Shown: positions 1-12,752, counted from the first letter of the stretch. The stretch: DNA of 64,000 nucleotides from an uncultured Acidobacteriota bacterium (GCA_963777605.1 CAVZRV010000011.1:32001-96000), one strand, 5' to 3'. Made by a program: numbers and translations. Notes: generated by a model from the letters alone, not told the origin.

Positions 1-356
1 AAAGTGAACTCGCCCGGTTCGTGACGGAAATCAACCGGGAAACCGGTTTTCCCGGCCACATAAACCGTAGCGTGATCCCTTTCAGCGATCATTTCCCCTT
101 GAACCTTCGAAATGTCGCTTCGGTTTGGTATTACAGGCAGACCTATGCGGCCGGACGACATTTTCACCACAGTCCGCTCGAAACGATTGACGTGCTGTCG
201 GCGGAAATCCTGGAACAAACGGTCCGCCATCAAGCCTATCTTCTGGATCGTGTCTCAAACGCCGACCCGCTTCCTTTCCCGTCTGGTCTGACCAAGTCTC
301 AAAGACGCGAACTGAAGCAGGCAGCCAGAGAGTGGATCGGGGCTGAGGCGCTGTGA
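1..356 (+). CDS. C-terminal part of a probable M28-family peptidase (5' truncated by window edge)
   Basis: SDHFP...FHHSPLETID resembles the SDH.PF...YH...DT.D tail of M28 peptidases. Confidence 0.55.
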   Translation, partial: SELARFVTEINRETGFPGHINRSVIPFSDHFPLNLRNVASVWYYRQTYAAGRHFHHSPLETIDVLSAEILEQTVRHQAYLLDRVSNADPLPFPSGLTKSQRRELKQAAREWIGAEAL

Positions 357-446
357 GGAGAGAGCGGAAGAGCCCTCGCCTGGGCTCCCGGTATAGAAAC
401 GGCAGCGGTCTGACCATCGAAGTGCAAGGGGAAGGAACAGCTTAGG

Positions 447-1829
447 ATGAGTAGTTCGCGTTCTGGTGAAAGTTCAGTTGCCGAGAAGCCTTCCGGTTCC
501 GGCGGGGAATTCAAGCGGGTCCTGTCGTTGAGAGACCTGGTCCTGTTCGGGATCGCTTTCGTTGGGCCCACTGCGCCCTATTCCATGTACGGAATCGCCA
601 CGGTGAAGTCGCAGGGTCATCTTCCGCTGGTTTACCTGATCGCCATGGTGGCGATGAGTTTCACAGCAATCAGTTACGGGCGTATGGCCCGTGCCCTCCC
701 CGAGGCGGGATCCACCTACACCTATTCGGCGAAGGCTTTCAATCCGACCGTGGGCTTCTTTGCGGGCTGGGGAATGATCCTGGATTACATCCTGATCCCC
801 TTGCTGAGTGTGGTCTTCGTCGGTTTGACGGCATACAAAGTGGTGCCCGAAGTGCCTTACGTCGTCTGGGCCGTGCTGGCCGCCGCCGGAATCACGGCGA
901 TCAACCTGCGCGGTATCCAGTTCACCAACCGGGCCAATTACCTGCTGAATGCCATCATGGGGGCTTCACTCGTGTGGTTTTGCCTGGTAACCGTTCGTGC
1001 CCTGCTGGATGGGACGGGTGCCGGGACGCTGTTTTCGGTGAAACCGTTTTATGATCCGCAGACCTTTTCTTTCGAGCCCGTCATGGCAGCGACGTCTCTG
1101 GCGGTCCTGTCCTACATCGGGTTTGACGGAGTCACGACATTGTCGGAGGATGCCAAAAACCCAAAGCGGGACATCTGGCGCGCAACCGTGATCGTCTGTT
1201 TCCTGGCTGGGGGTCTCTTTGTGCTGCAGAGCTACCTGGCTCAGCTTGTCTGGCCTGACTATTCCACGTTCTCGCCGGTTGAGACCGCATTTATGGACAT
1301 TGGCAAACTGGTGGGAGGAGCGCCTCTCTTCTATTTCCTGTCTTTTGTCCTGCTCGTTGGCGGAGTCGCCAGTGCCGTGGCGGGTCAGGCCAGCGCGTCC
1401 CGCCTGCTGTGTGGCATGGGTCGGGACCGGCTCTTGCCGCACCGGATCTTCGGGTACGTTCACCCGAGGCTGGGAACTCCGGTTTACAGCGTTCTCCTGA
1501 TGGGTGCGATTCATTTGTCCGGGGCGATGATTCTCAAGTATGCCGAAGTAGCGGAACTGGTCAATTTCGGCGCTTTCATCGGATTCATGACGGTGAACCT
1601 GTGCGTCGTCCGACATTACTATCTGAGGCTGGGGCAGCGAAAGGGACTCCTGCTGCTGGGGAACCTGGTCCTCCCGGTGCTGGGTTTCCTGGTCTGCTTC
1701 TACATCTGGCTGCACCTCTCGCGTTTTTCTATGCTGGTGGGATTCATCTGGATGGGATCAGGCCTGATCTACCTGGGAGCCTTAACCAGGGGCTTTCGAA
1801 GAAAGTTGGCCAACCTGAAGCTGCAATAA
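447..1829 (+). CDS. APC-family amino acid/polyamine permease (PuuP/PlaP-like)
   Basis: ~12 hydrophobic segments; LVLFGIAFVGPTAP, AGSTYTY and SYIGFDGVTTLSED motifs. Confidence 0.9.
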   Translation: MSSSRSGESSVAEKPSGSGGEFKRVLSLRDLVLFGIAFVGPTAPYSMYGIATVKSQGHLPLVYLIAMVAMSFTAISYGRMARALPEAGSTYTYSAKAFNPTVGFFAGWGMILDYILIPLLSVVFVGLTAYKVVPEVPYVVWAVLAAAGITAINLRGIQFTNRANYLLNAIMGASLVWFCLVTVRALLDGTGAGTLFSVKPFYDPQTFSFEPVMAATSLAVLSYIGFDGVTTLSEDAKNPKRDIWRATVIVCFLAGGLFVLQSYLAQLVWPDYSTFSPVETAFMDIGKLVGGAPLFYFLSFVLLVGGVASAVAGQASASRLLCGMGRDRLLPHRIFGYVHPRLGTPVYSVLLMGAIHLSGAMILKYAEVAELVNFGAFIGFMTVNLCVVRHYYLRLGQRKGLLLLGNLVLPVLGFLVCFYIWLHLSRFSMLVGFIWMGSGLIYLGALTRGFRRKLANLKLQ

Positions 1830-1855
1830 TGGCTGACCCGCCCGAAATCGGCAGG

Positions 1856-3790
1856 TTAACCTGACGGCACCTGCTCCTCGTCCGAAGACATAATTATCTC
1901 TCTGTAAGTTGCCCCAGCCGGGATCATCGGATAGACGTTTTCCTCGGGAGACACGACTACATCGAGCAAGTAAGGCTCGTCGGGGTCAGCCAACATGCGT
2001 TGATAGGCATCGGTCAGCTTCGACTCACGAAACACCCGCTCCGCTCGAACCTTGTAGCCGGCCGCAATGGTCACAAAGTCCGGATACACCTCAGCTTCGC
2101 GAGGCTGTGGCGAAGGGGTTGACGGGTCACTGAGTGCAGACTCAGCGCGATGGCGTTTGTAGATCATATCCTGCCATTGGCGAACCATCCCCAGCCACTG
2201 GTTGTTGATCACCACAATTTTCACGCCAAGGCCGTAACGGTGGCACGTACTCAATTCCTGGATCGACATATTGAGGCTTCCGTCTCCGTCAATGTCGATG
2301 ACGAGGCGGTCCGGACAGGCAACTTTGGCGCCAATGGCTGCCGGCAGACCAAAACCCATCGTCCCGAGTCCGGAACTTGATAAAAATGAGCGGGGATGCC
2401 GGGCCTTGTAAAACTGCATCGCCCACATTTGGTGCTGGCCGACTCCGACCGTAACCAGCGCCTCGCCCCCGGTCAATTCGCTCAGGCGATGAATCGCCCA
2501 CTGGGGTCCAATGCCTTCTTTGTGATCCTCGTCTGCAGTCAGGGGCCAGTCCCTCCGCCACTGCTGGCATTGACGCACCCACTCCGCACATTCTCCAGGC
2601 TCGACTGACTCGACCAACTGGGGTAAGGCAGTGCGGAGGTCGGCCCATATGGGAAGCGTTACCGGTTTGTTCTTGTTCAGTTCCTTACGATCGACGTCGA
2701 TATGGATGATCTTGCCATGCTTGATGAATTCGGTTGTCTTACCGGTTACCCGGTCGTCAAAGCGGACTCCGACAGCCAGGACCAGGTCCGCTTGATTGAT
2801 AGCGAAATTGGCATACTTGGTTCCATGCATACCCAGAACATGCAGCGAAAGCGGGTGTTCGGGAGGGAATGCGCCGAGACCCATGATGGTAGTTGTCACC
2901 GGGCTGCCGAGCTTCTCCGCCAGTCTAATGAGCAGGGGCCCGGTGTCGGAGGAAATCACTCCGCCCCCGGCGTAAATGATAGGTCGCTTCGCCTCCCTGA
3001 AAATCCGGCAGACCTCTTCGAGTTGATCGGGATTGATTCCACCAACCGGTTCCTCGAGTCGCTCAATGACGGCCGGCATCCGGGGCTCGGCATAGTTTCC
3101 GTCAGGGTCGCGGGGGTAATGCTGCTGGATATCCTTTGGCACGTCCATCAAAACAGGGCCGGGCCGATTACTCGTTGCCAAAAGGAACGCGTGCCTGACC
3201 ACCGCTGGGATGTGGGTCACTCGTTGAACCTGGTAGCTGCGCTTGGTGATCGACTCGGTGATCGAAACAATGTCAACTTCCTGGAAGGCGTTCTTGCCCA
3301 GCAAAAATGACGGGACATTTCCCGTGATTGCCACCACCGGAACGCTGTCACTGTTGGCGTCCGCTATCCCCGTAACCAGGTTTGTGGCGCCCGGACCGGA
3401 AGTGGCCAGGCAAACACCCGGCCGGCCGCTGGCTCGAGCAAAGCCTGCCGCGGCATGGGCAGCGCCCTGTTCGTGTTCGACCCGGATGCACCGGATGCCG
3501 TAGTCCCGCAGGACGTCAAAGATCTCGAGATTCGCACCACCCGGGTAGCCAAACAGAACATCGACGCCCTCCAACTGCAGACACCTGGCTAGAATTTGCG
3601 CACCCTTTAATGCACGGGAACGATCGTTTGGGTGGATCTCGCTGAGAGAGGCCCCCGTGATCGAGGAGACATCAGGGTAAGTAAACTGGTCGCCCCGGTT
3701 GACCGCCGCATTCCCCGCAGTTTGGGAGGTTGTCGGACTGCCGGAACGCTTGCCAACTGAAGGCTGACTGGACTTGTTCGATTCGACCAT
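1856..3790 (-). CDS. ilvB: Acetolactate synthase large subunit, biosynthetic type
   Basis: FGYPGGA, HEQGAAH, TSGPGATN, NAFQEVD, GMHG, GVGQHQMW, GDGS...NN TPP-binding motif. Confidence 0.93.
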   Translation of the reverse strand: MVESNKSSQPSVGKRSGSPTTSQTAGNAAVNRGDQFTYPDVSSITGASLSEIHPNDRSRALKGAQILARCLQLEGVDVLFGYPGGANLEIFDVLRDYGIRCIRVEHEQGAAHAAAGFARASGRPGVCLATSGPGATNLVTGIADANSDSVPVVAITGNVPSFLLGKNAFQEVDIVSITESITKRSYQVQRVTHIPAVVRHAFLLATSNRPGPVLMDVPKDIQQHYPRDPDGNYAEPRMPAVIERLEEPVGGINPDQLEEVCRIFREAKRPIIYAGGGVISSDTGPLLIRLAEKLGSPVTTTIMGLGAFPPEHPLSLHVLGMHGTKYANFAINQADLVLAVGVRFDDRVTGKTTEFIKHGKIIHIDVDRKELNKNKPVTLPIWADLRTALPQLVESVEPGECAEWVRQCQQWRRDWPLTADEDHKEGIGPQWAIHRLSELTGGEALVTVGVGQHQMWAMQFYKARHPRSFLSSSGLGTMGFGLPAAIGAKVACPDRLVIDIDGDGSLNMSIQELSTCHRYGLGVKIVVINNQWLGMVRQWQDMIYKRHRAESALSDPSTPSPQPREAEVYPDFVTIAAGYKVRAERVFRESKLTDAYQRMLADPDEPYLLDVVVSPEENVYPMIPAGATYREIIMSSDEEQVPSG

Positions 3791-3932
3791 CGCTGGCTCT
3801 CTCCTTTAGAAACACGCCCGGATTGGGAAGGAAGGAAGCCTCGAAAAGGCTCCAGAAACTCGAACTTTACGGCTCTCACGAGAAGATCACGATTAACAGC
3901 CACGATAGACCAAGGCCACGTTTTTCGCAAGC

Positions 3933-4172
3933 ATGGACGAACTCCTCGGTTCAGTTTTCGATGCCGTCTCTGTGGCTTCTACAGCCGGAGTACATTTCGA
4001 CTATATTACGGCCGCTGCGAGGGCGGGAAAGCACGTCCTGTGCGAGAAACCGCTTTCAGCGACGACCGGGCAGGCCCAAACGATGGCCGATATCTGCGGT
4101 CAGGAAGGGGTCACCCTCGGCGCTGCGTTCATGATGAGGTTCCCACCCAGCACCAGGCCGCGCTGGCACTGA
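3933..4172 (+). pseudogene. Fragment of Gfo/Idh/MocA oxidoreductase
   Basis: AGKHVLCEKP and AFMMRF motifs in only 79 codons; N- and C-terminal domains missing. Confidence 0.75.
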
Positions 4173-4405
4173 TCCGGGACGAAAGGTGACACATCGAAAG
4201 GCGCCAGCGAACCCGGCCAGAAAGGTGGCCTGACTCCACGTTCGGTATTAGTCCGAACCCAAAAGGACACGGTTGGCAGGATTACCGTCGACTCGGGTCT
4301 CCCATGGGTGCGGTCCTCGCCCTTGTCCGACCAGTGTGTTTGCGATATTTTGCAATCGATGTCGCTGCTTCTTGCGACACCGACAGTTGGGGATCCGGAG
4401 AATAC

Positions 4406-6883
4406 GTGAATCGGCGCCTTGAGGATCTGATCGATATTGAGCAGTTCCAAATGCTGCAGGACAGGCTCAGTGAAATCTACGCCTTTCCTGCCGCCATCAT
4501 CGACAATGACGGCAGGATCCTGACCGCCACATGCTGGCAGAAGATCTGCACCGAGTTTCACCGGAAGAACCCTGAGTGCGAAAAAGAGTGCATCAAGAGC
4601 GATCAGTACATCCTGGAACACCTGACTGGCGCTAATCCGACTGTCGCTTACCGCTGCCCCCACGGTTTGGTGGACACTGCGACGCCCATCATTATCGACG
4701 GCGTCCACATGGCTAATTTCTTCACCGGACAGTTCTTCCTGGAAAAGCCGGATCTCGAATTCTTCAGGTCGCAGGCCCGGCGGTTCGAGTTTAACGAAGC
4801 CGACTACATTGAAGCAGTCAGACAGGTGCCGGTCTGGAACCAGGCCCAGTTGGACAGCTATCTCTTTTACATCAAGGGTTTGATCGAACTCATCTCCGCC
4901 TCGGGACTCAGAGCCCTGCGGGAGATGGAGGCAACCCGGAAGATGGAGGAAAGCGAAAATCAATTCAAGGCCATTTTTGAGATGGCCTCCATCGGCATAG
5001 CACAGGCCGATATCAATTCGGGACGCTTTCTAATCGTGAACCAGAAGATGTGCGAGATCACCGGGTACACCAGTGCCGAGTTGGCCTGCCTTCAGATTTC
5101 CGACATCACCCACGCGGATGATCGCCAAAGAGACTGGGTCCTGTTTCAGTCCGTTGTCGACGGCGAGACCCCCAACTACCGGCTGGAGAAACGCTACGTC
5201 CGCAAGGACGCTTCGGTCGTATGGGTGAACGTCAACATGACGGTCATCCGAGACGATTCCGGCAAGCCATTGCGAACCATCGCAACCATCGAGGACATCA
5301 CGGATCGAAAGCGGGTCGAAGGGGACCTTCGTGCCAGCGAGGAGCGCTACCGAACCCTGTTTGACCGGGCAAATGACGGGATCTTCGTCCTGTCAATCGA
5401 CGGCACGCTGGTTGAACTCAATGAGACGTTTGCTCAAATGCACGGCTACACGGCGAAGGAGATGGTAGGAATGAGGTTGGAGGATCTGGACACACCGGAG
5501 ACTTCCCGCCTCGTTCCCGAGCGGATGCGCCGGCTTTTGGCTGGGGAGGCGCTGACCTTCGATGTGGAGCACTTTCACAAAGACGGTCATGTCTTCCCGT
5601 TGGAGGTTTCGGCCAGCCTGATCAATTACAACGGACGGCAGTTTATCCAGTGCTTCCACCGCGATATTTCCAGGCGCAAGGCAGACGAGGCAGAGAAGGA
5701 AAGACTGGAGGCCCAGCTTCGCCAGGCCATGAAGATGGAAGCGGTCGGCCGACTGGCGGGAGGAGTCGCCCACGACTTCAACAACATGCTGAGTGTCATC
5801 CTCGGCCATGCCGAACTGGCTCTCACGTCGACAGATCCGAATCAGCCGCTTTCTGCCGATCTTCGTGAAATTCGAATCGCCGCCGAACGATCCGCCGACC
5901 TCACCCGCCAGTTGTTGACCTTCGCCCGCCAGCAGGTCATAACCCCGACAGTTCTCGACCTGAACCTGGCCATTGAATCCATGCTAAAAATGCTCAGGCG
6001 CCTGATCGGTGAGAACATCAACCTGGAATGGCGACCGTACAAAAAGGCCTGGCCAGTCAAAATGGATCCCACCCAGATCGACCAGATTCTGGCCAATCTC
6101 TGCGTCAACTCACGGGATGCGATCACGGGGGTGGGGACGATCAGGATTGAGACCGAGAACGTCGTCCTCAGCAGATCAGACTGCGTGGGGCATGCCGATG
6201 CCATTCCCGGGGAATTCGCGCTCCTGAAGGTCACTGATAGCGGGCGAGGCATGGACCGGGAGACTCTCAGCCGGCTCTTTGAGCCGTTCTTCACAACGAA
6301 GGAGGTTGGGAAGGGAACAGGCTTGGGATTGGCAACGGTTTACGGCATTATCACCCAGAATCACGGCTTTATCAACGTGGTCAGCAACCCGAACCGGGGG
6401 ACCACTTTCAAGATTTTTCTGCCGCGCTTCAGAGGCGACTCCGAGGCGGTGGGGACGACCCGCCAGGAATTGCTGCAGCGCGGTGACGAGGTTATCCTGC
6501 TGGTCGAGGACGAACCCGCCATACTGCACATGACCGCCACTATGCTCGAACGCCTCGGATACAGCGTCATGAGCGCAGCGAAACCGCGTGAAGCCGTCCA
6601 CCTGGTGGCTCAGTACCAGGGGAAGATCGACCTCCTGGTGACCGACGTAGTGATGCCCGAGTTAAACGGGCGAGATCTGGCTGAAACCCTCACTGATTAT
6701 CAGCCCACTCTCAAATGCCTCTTCACTTCAGGCTATACAGCCGACGTAATCGCACCCCACGGCGTGCTAGGCAAGGGCGTAAACTTCCTTCAGAAGCCCT
6801 ATCAGCTCAAGGAACTGGCAGCCAAGGTTCGCCAAGCCCTGGACGGCACCCCTCCAATCCCTGACCTTGAGAGTCACTCATAA
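4406..6883 (+). CDS. Hybrid sensor histidine kinase: PocR sensor, 2 PAS, HisKA, HATPase, receiver
   Basis: PocR-type ICTEFHR...C..SD / YRCPHGL..TATPI; H-box VAHDFNN; [14 protein letters not shown]; receiver [10 protein letters not shown]; GTG start after GGAG. Confidence 0.92.
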   Translation: MNRRLEDLIDIEQFQMLQDRLSEIYAFPAAIIDNDGRILTATCWQKICTEFHRKNPECEKECIKSDQYILEHLTGANPTVAYRCPHGLVDTATPIIIDGVHMANFFTGQFFLEKPDLEFFRSQARRFEFNEADYIEAVRQVPVWNQAQLDSYLFYIKGLIELISASGLRALREMEATRKMEESENQFKAIFEMASIGIAQADINSGRFLIVNQKMCEITGYTSAELACLQISDITHADDRQRDWVLFQSVVDGETPNYRLEKRYVRKDASVVWVNVNMTVIRDDSGKPLRTIATIEDITDRKRVEGDLRASEERYRTLFDRANDGIFVLSIDGTLVELNETFAQMHGYTAKEMVGMRLEDLDTPETSRLVPERMRRLLAGEALTFDVEHFHKDGHVFPLEVSASLINYNGRQFIQCFHRDISRRKADEAEKERLEAQLRQAMKMEAVGRLAGGVAHDFNNMLSVILGHAELALTSTDPNQPLSADLREIRIAAERSADLTRQLLTFARQQVITPTVLDLNLAIESMLKMLRRLIGENINLEWRPYKKAWPVKMDPTQIDQILANLCVNSRDAITGVGTIRIETENVVLSRSDCVGHADAIPGEFALLKVTDSGRGMDRETLSRLFEPFFTTKEVGKGTGLGLATVYGIITQNHGFINVVSNPNRGTTFKIFLPRFRGDSEAVGTTRQELLQRGDEVILLVEDEPAILHMTATMLERLGYSVMSAAKPREAVHLVAQYQGKIDLLVTDVVMPELNGRDLAETLTDYQPTLKCLFTSGYTADVIAPHGVLGKGVNFLQKPYQLKELAAKVRQALDGTPPIPDLESHS

Positions 6884-7300
6884 CAAGAGCGGCCGCCGGC
6901 AGCAGGAAGCGAAGCAAGAGACGGGTGGGGTCCCAGCGGCTCAGGTATCCAGTGGCAAGCTTCGACCGATCAAACGTGGACACTTCAAAGTCTGCATTGC
7001 TGGACAGCGAGGCCAACACATGATTTCGGATATATTCTCGGTACGGCATCCCAGAGACGCGACTGATGACCTCACCGAGGATTGCGTAGTTGACGTTACG
7101 GTACTGGACCTTTTCCGCAGGTGCCTGACTGGCTCTCAGTTCGTAGCCGGCCAAGGCATCATCCGTGGTCGGCGAGCCTTCGCCGGAAAGCGAACCGCCA
7201 ACAACGCCTTCAAGGTCTCCTTCAAACCGGAGGCATGGCTGAGTAAAGCGCGAAGAGGGATGCCGTTCAACTGAGGAAGATCAGGCGGATACTCAAGGGA
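6880..7300 (-). pseudogene. Fragmented serine hydrolase (beta-lactamase family)
   Basis: LRALLSHASGL and YRNVNYAILGEVISRVSG lie in different frames; no SxxK N-terminus. Confidence 0.7.
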
Positions 7301-7499
7301 CTGTTGCTCAAGAAACTCCCAAACAGTCCCGTCCCCAGTCGGTGCCTTCGACGGCCGTGTCCGATGCCAATGCACGGTTAACTTGATCGAGCACTCTGAG
7401 CACTACCGAATAGAGACTTGCTTCCCCTCCCCGGCCGCATTAGCCTTGGGTGGAAGCAGCCCGGAGCGCATCTTGGGAGGGAGCATTATCGTGGAACGT

Positions 7500-8486
7500 A
7501 TGAACCGCAAGATCTTCTTGAATACGATTGGCCGGGCAGCCTCCTCGGTGGCACTGCTTCCATTGCTTGGCTGTTCGGAAAATTCTGCACCCACCGGGAC
7601 GCGACAAAAGTTGGGAGGCCCTGCCACCTTCGATACCCAGATGCCTGAAGGGGTGCGTCGCCTCTCTTCGGAAAACAATTTCACGGTGTTTCGGCGAGGG
7701 ATCGAGGCCGCCTACCGAGTGCAACCGGGGGAACTCCTCCGGGTCGAAACACAGCACGGCCTTCCGGGAAAGGTCAAGCGTGACGGTACCTTCCTGGAAA
7801 TTCAACCCGGGGAACCGGTCAACCCCATGACCGGCCCTATCTTCGTCGAAGGGATTCGACCGGGAGATTCATTGGGAATCGACTTGCTGGAGATCCAGGT
7901 AGGTGACTGGGGCTATGCCGGAGGGAGAATATTCGAACTCGAGGACGGTTACGCCCGGTTCGATGAGAGGCTCAAGCTTCCCCTTTCTCCGATGCTGGGG
8001 GGGATCGGACTAGCCCCCGCTGAAGGGGAGATGGGCACCAAAGCCCCCGGTGACACCGGAGGGAACATGGACTGCAAGGAGGTCCGCGCCGGCAGTACTC
8101 TGGTCTTTACCGCCCAGGTCGAGGGAGGAATGGTGGGATTGGGGGACGCCCATGCTCTGCAGGGCGACGGCGAGGTCCGTGGCCAGGGGATAGAGTGCGA
8201 CAGTGAAACCCTCCTCCGCTTTCGCAAGTTTCCTCGGCCTCTTTCGCCTCGGCCGGTGATTCTGCGACCTGAATTCGTCGCCACAATAGGTTCCCACGAC
8301 GACTTGAATGAGGCAGCCTGGCAGGCGACCGAGGACATGATTCAGCTGATTGTCGACACCACGGGCCGTGACAAGGACGACGCCTATGCGCTGGTCAACC
8401 TGGTTGGTGATCTCAGGATCAACCAGATCGTCGATCCCCGAAAGGGAGCGAGGATGGAAGTCCCGCGCTGGGTCTTCGGAGTTTGA
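7500..8486 (+). CDS. Acetamidase/formamidase family protein with Tat-like/lipoprotein leader
   Basis: NPMTGPIFVEG, GGNMD, GDAHALQGDGE; N-terminus MNRKIFL...LLGC. Confidence 0.85.
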   Translation: MNRKIFLNTIGRAASSVALLPLLGCSENSAPTGTRQKLGGPATFDTQMPEGVRRLSSENNFTVFRRGIEAAYRVQPGELLRVETQHGLPGKVKRDGTFLEIQPGEPVNPMTGPIFVEGIRPGDSLGIDLLEIQVGDWGYAGGRIFELEDGYARFDERLKLPLSPMLGGIGLAPAEGEMGTKAPGDTGGNMDCKEVRAGSTLVFTAQVEGGMVGLGDAHALQGDGEVRGQGIECDSETLLRFRKFPRPLSPRPVILRPEFVATIGSHDDLNEAAWQATEDMIQLIVDTTGRDKDDAYALVNLVGDLRINQIVDPRKGARMEVPRWVFGV

Positions 8487-8489
8487 CGT

Positions 8490-10576
8490 ATGAAAACTTT
8501 TGCGACTACCTGTCTTTTGATCCTGGTGCTGGCCGCCTCACCCTTGCTCGCCCAAAGAACAGACGTTCTGCTTTACGAAACCGACTTTTCCAAGCTCTCT
8601 CCGGGCAAGTTCGGAGAGTACACGACACCGGCATTCCCGGAATACCACTATGCCCCGCGTGAATTCACCGACGGTTGGGATATCGTCAACAACCGGGGCC
8701 CGGAGGAGTGGACAGTCTTCGAGAAGGACGGGAAGTACACACTGGAGTTTCTCGGCTACAACCGTGAGGTCTGGACGCATGATTTCACCTATCCAATTCT
8801 TGCCACGGGTGATCCCCTGTGGCGGGATTACAACCTGGAAGTCGAGGTCACACCGATCAACCGGGAGGATCTGAACGGGATCATATTCCGCTACCAGGAC
8901 GGCCGCCATTACTACCTGCTGGCCTTCGGCCCCGACGACACGATTTCACTCCGCTATCGGGACGGCGAGAAGGCGTTTCGGAGCGACGGGTGGACGATTC
9001 TGGCCTCGACCAAGAGACCGACAGACCGTTCCAGAACCTACACGATGCGGGTTGAAGCCACCGGTCCACGGCTCCGCTGCAGCCTCGACGGAGAACTGCT
9101 GTTCGAAGTCGAAGACGACCACTACGAGCACGGGCAGATCGGGCTTTTGGCCACAACACCGGTTCGATTTCACTCGGTTTCAGTCACCACTACCGCTGAA
9201 AGCCGGGAGCGCTACCTGGCACAGTCCAAGGCACGCCGGACGGAGATCGATCGGCTCAGGGCGGACAACCCCCAGCCGGTGGTCTGGAAAAGGATCGCCA
9301 CGCCCGGCTTCGGGGCCGCCCGAGCACTGCGGCTCGGAGACCTGGACGGCGACGGCCAACTGGACATCCTGATCGTCCAAAACATTCCTTTCTTCGGAGG
9401 GAATTACAACCAGATCAGCTGTCTGACGGCCTTGACGCTGGAGGGACGGGTACTCTGGCAGAAGGGTCGCCCGGATCCCGATCATGCGTGGGTGAGTTAC
9501 GACGTGGCGGCGCAGATCCACGACATCGATGATGACGGCGATCAGGAAGTGATTTACGCAGTCGCCGACGAGATCCGGATCCTGGATGGGAAGACCGGCG
9601 AAGTCGAAGCCACCCACCCGGTTCCGAGTTCGGAGATCCAAGCAGGGGAAGTGTCCTGGAACGAATACAAGCACTACTATCGCCGCGACCACTTGCCCTA
9701 TCTAAGCGTCGACAGCATTTCCTTCGGCGATCTCAGGGGCCTTGGAAAACCGCTCGACGTCATCATCAAGGACCGCCACACCCGGCTGTGGGCCTTCACC
9801 GGCGAGTTCGAGCCGCTCTGGACGAGTTCGGCGAATCTCGGCCACTACCCCTACTTCTATGACTCCGACAAAGACGGCCGAGACGAGATCTTTCTCGGTT
9901 ACACGGTTTTCAACGACGACGGAACACAACTCTGGAGCCTGGACGACAAGCTGCAGGAGCACTCGGACGGCACCTGTGCAGGAGACTTCTCGCTCGAGGG
10001 GAAACCTGACAAGGTCTTGGTTGCAGGAAGCGATGACGGAGTGATCTTGCTCGACCTGGACGGGAACCTAATCAAACACCACCGGGTCGGCCACGCCCAG
10101 ACTCCGACCATTGGCCAGTACCGCCCTGACGTTCCCGGGCTGGAGTTCTGCATCATCAACTACTGGGGGGAGCCGGGAATGATCACGCTCTACGATCATG
10201 ACGGTAACGAGATTACCCGTTTCGAGCTCTTCCACGCGGGAAGCCCTGTCCTTCCTGTGAACTGGAGGGGAGACGGACAGGAATTCATTCTGCTCTCGGC
10301 CAATGTTCGGGAGGGGGGGATGGTAGACGGCTGGGGGCGCCGGGCCGTAATGTTTCCACAGGATGGACATCCCGACATGGCCTACCTCGTACAGGATTTC
10401 ACCGGCGATCCGAGGGACGAAATCATGGTCTGGGACACGGATGAAATCTGGATCTACACCCAGTCTGAGGAGTTCAAGGGAAACAGATCTACGCTCCAAC
10501 CCGGCCTCCTCTTTACAACGAATCCAACTACCTGCCATTCGTCTCCTGGCCAGCCTGGAAGCCGCACGGGCAGTGA
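8490..10576 (+). CDS. Secreted protein with DUF1080-like N-domain and FG-GAP/PL11 rhamnogalacturonan-lyase-like propeller (frameshift near 10480)
   Basis: Signal peptide; GDLDGDG, DIDDDG, DSDKDGRDE repeats; after a 1-nt deletion the frame reads KQIYAPTRPPLYNESNY...stop at 10576. Confidence 0.7.
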
Positions 10577-10699
10577 CCGAATGAACTCCCCGGTCATGGG
10601 AAGACCAGAATTACGCGGAACTCCTCTGACGTCCATTCCGGAGAAGAGCCAAGCGTCGAAGCTGCAACGACAAGAGACTTTCTTGCCATCTCTCGCGAG

Positions 10700-10935
10700 C
10701 CGGATCGGATGCCCGAGTTGGTCAATCCTACGGTCATTGTCGAGGATGAGATACCGCGCCCGTCTTTCAAAACACGCGTTCCGAACCTCCCGCTTCACCC
10801 AGTCCAACCTCGGGTGTTGGGTCAGGTTGAAGTGCACGACTCTTCAGCGTTCAAGCCCCAGGCAGAAAGATTCGTTGAGTCCAGACAAGGGCAACCAGAT
10901 TCAGGACCTGAACGACCATGAGCACAAGCAGGATC
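10700..10935 (-). mobile_element. Degraded transposase remnant (integrase-core domain)
   Basis: RRVVHFNLTQHPRLDWVKREVRNA...RYLILDND resembles the RRVVHFNVT.HPT.EW..QQLREA...RYLIRDRD core of integrase-domain transposases. Confidence 0.6.
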
Positions 10936-11046
10936 TTCGCGCTGCAGGCATGGGCTGATGAAGCAGAAAGAGCCAACCCGTCGAGGCCGCACAGAGTTCT
11001 TGCGGACGACGACACTGCTCGCGGCAGGTTCGGCCGCTGTTGAATT

Positions 11047-11079
11047 TTGATTGACACGTCAAACAATATGCTTTAGCTT
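11047..11079 (+). promoter_or_regulatory. Sigma70-like promoter with an overlapping palindrome
   Basis: TTGACA at 11051-11056, 17-bp spacer, TAGCTT at 11074-11079; TTGAC-AC-GTCAA palindrome covers the -35. Confidence 0.55.
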
Positions 11080-11124
11080 ATTGCCAGCCTAACCTGCCTA
11101 TTTGCTTTCAAGCTTGGGACACGC

Positions 11125-12752
11125 ATGACTATTTGGGATGGACTCCTTGAATTCTTTGAGGATGGATGGGATACCTTAGAAAACCCCGTCTACACCCGCG
11201 CGCGAAAACACGCCAAAGCGATGGCGGAAGAATACAACCTCGGGACGGACGTCGAGGCATTTGAGGAACTTTGGGGACTTACCATCAATGCCTCCCTGCT
11301 GGCTAAGCTGAACGACGAATCCGCAATCAAGGAAGTCGTCCGATTGATCGGCCGCCTTCGTGTCTTGGTCGATCGGACTCCTTCCGACTCAACGTCCATT
11401 TTCAGTCCTCGCAGCGCGATCGATGAAGACGGAATGGAATCGGTTCACGTGGCTGATGCATCCGCTAAGTATGTCATTTTCTCGGACCACCACATGCTGT
11501 TCGATGGTGCCCGTCAGAACTTCTTCGCGACGAGCGGGAACCGAGACTTCTACACGGAGATCTTAACTCGGTATTACGCGGCCAATGAGTTCAACCTTGT
11601 TAAAAACGGCGACTTCGAGGAGCTGATCATTGTAGAAGATAAATCGGCGGAGAATCCGAGACCATGGGCGATTTACCGAGCCAGGTATTCGACTACAGAA
11701 ACAGCAAGAAGATCCCTCAACTGAAGAGTATTGTCCGAGACAACATTGAGTACTACGAGGCCCTTCACGGTGGGTTCATCTCGAAGGGCCGGTACTTCAA
11801 GATCACCGGGAACCATGACCGCGATATGGGCAAAGCCGGTTACGCCAGTGTGGTGAGCGAAATCCTGGGACATGCATTTCCATTAGCCTGCGACGTGATG
11901 CTGTTGAAGTCGCGCGGCATCACCGAGTTCATCATCTGTCACGGCCATCAGTTCGACACGTCTTGTACGCCGAAATTCGCCGCAAAGGCAGGCGAGTCCT
12001 TCTCCCAGGCTTCGGCCTGGGCTTTTCAGGGGCCCGACCGGATTTGGCGCACGAAGTACGACCAGATGGATGCATGGCTCGCGGGCCGGGAGCCCTTCCT
12101 CAACGCACTTGTGACCGATGAGCCTGATTCGGGCGGGTTCCTGGAGCAGGAGGTATGCGAAGATGCTCAGCAGGCCTGGGATGCACTTGGAATGGAGATC
12201 TCCAATCTGAACACTGAACGGGGCTGGGAATCCATATATGGCAAGAACATCGCCTGGAATTACTTCGAGAATGAAGGCGATCCCCAAAAGTGCATCGACC
12301 TCGAAGTCTCTACCGGAAAACGCTGGTTCAAATTCCGTCATTTGAACGAGTTGCGTCTGACCGTGGAACTCGAAAATGCTTTCGGTCCGCGAGTCCCGAC
12401 TCTCATCCTGGGACACACTCATGAACCCAGGTTCCGCCCGAGGAAAGCGAGCGGACAGTCCGGACATTCGCAGAATTGGCAGGAGATCGACTTCTATGCC
12501 AACAGCGGATCGGCCGGGAGGTTCGAGAACCTGATCTGGGGAATCGAGATCCTCGACCGGGCGCCTCTTCTGATCTCATGGCACCGCGACGGTGACCGAA
12601 TGCCGGTCCGTACGGTCTGGGAGTCATTCGGGACAAACGGCGGCTTTCTGCGGCCGGCATCGAGTGGGACGCCAGAAGAATTTCTGGGTCCCGGGGAGGA
12701 TTCCGCGGTGGATTTCTGCAGCGTAATGATTGCCGCCGGTCAGATTCTCTGA
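11125..12752 (+). CDS. Calcineurin-like metallophosphoesterase (frameshift near 11660)
   Basis: SDHH and NGDFEE in the first ORF; GNHD, HGHQFD and GHTH in the second ORF. Confidence 0.8.

Noticed and set aside
10577-10958. C-terminal extension of the 822-aa ORF
   Set aside because: Artefact of the frameshift near 10480; the natural end YNESNY...stop is at 10576, and the extension overlaps a transposase remnant
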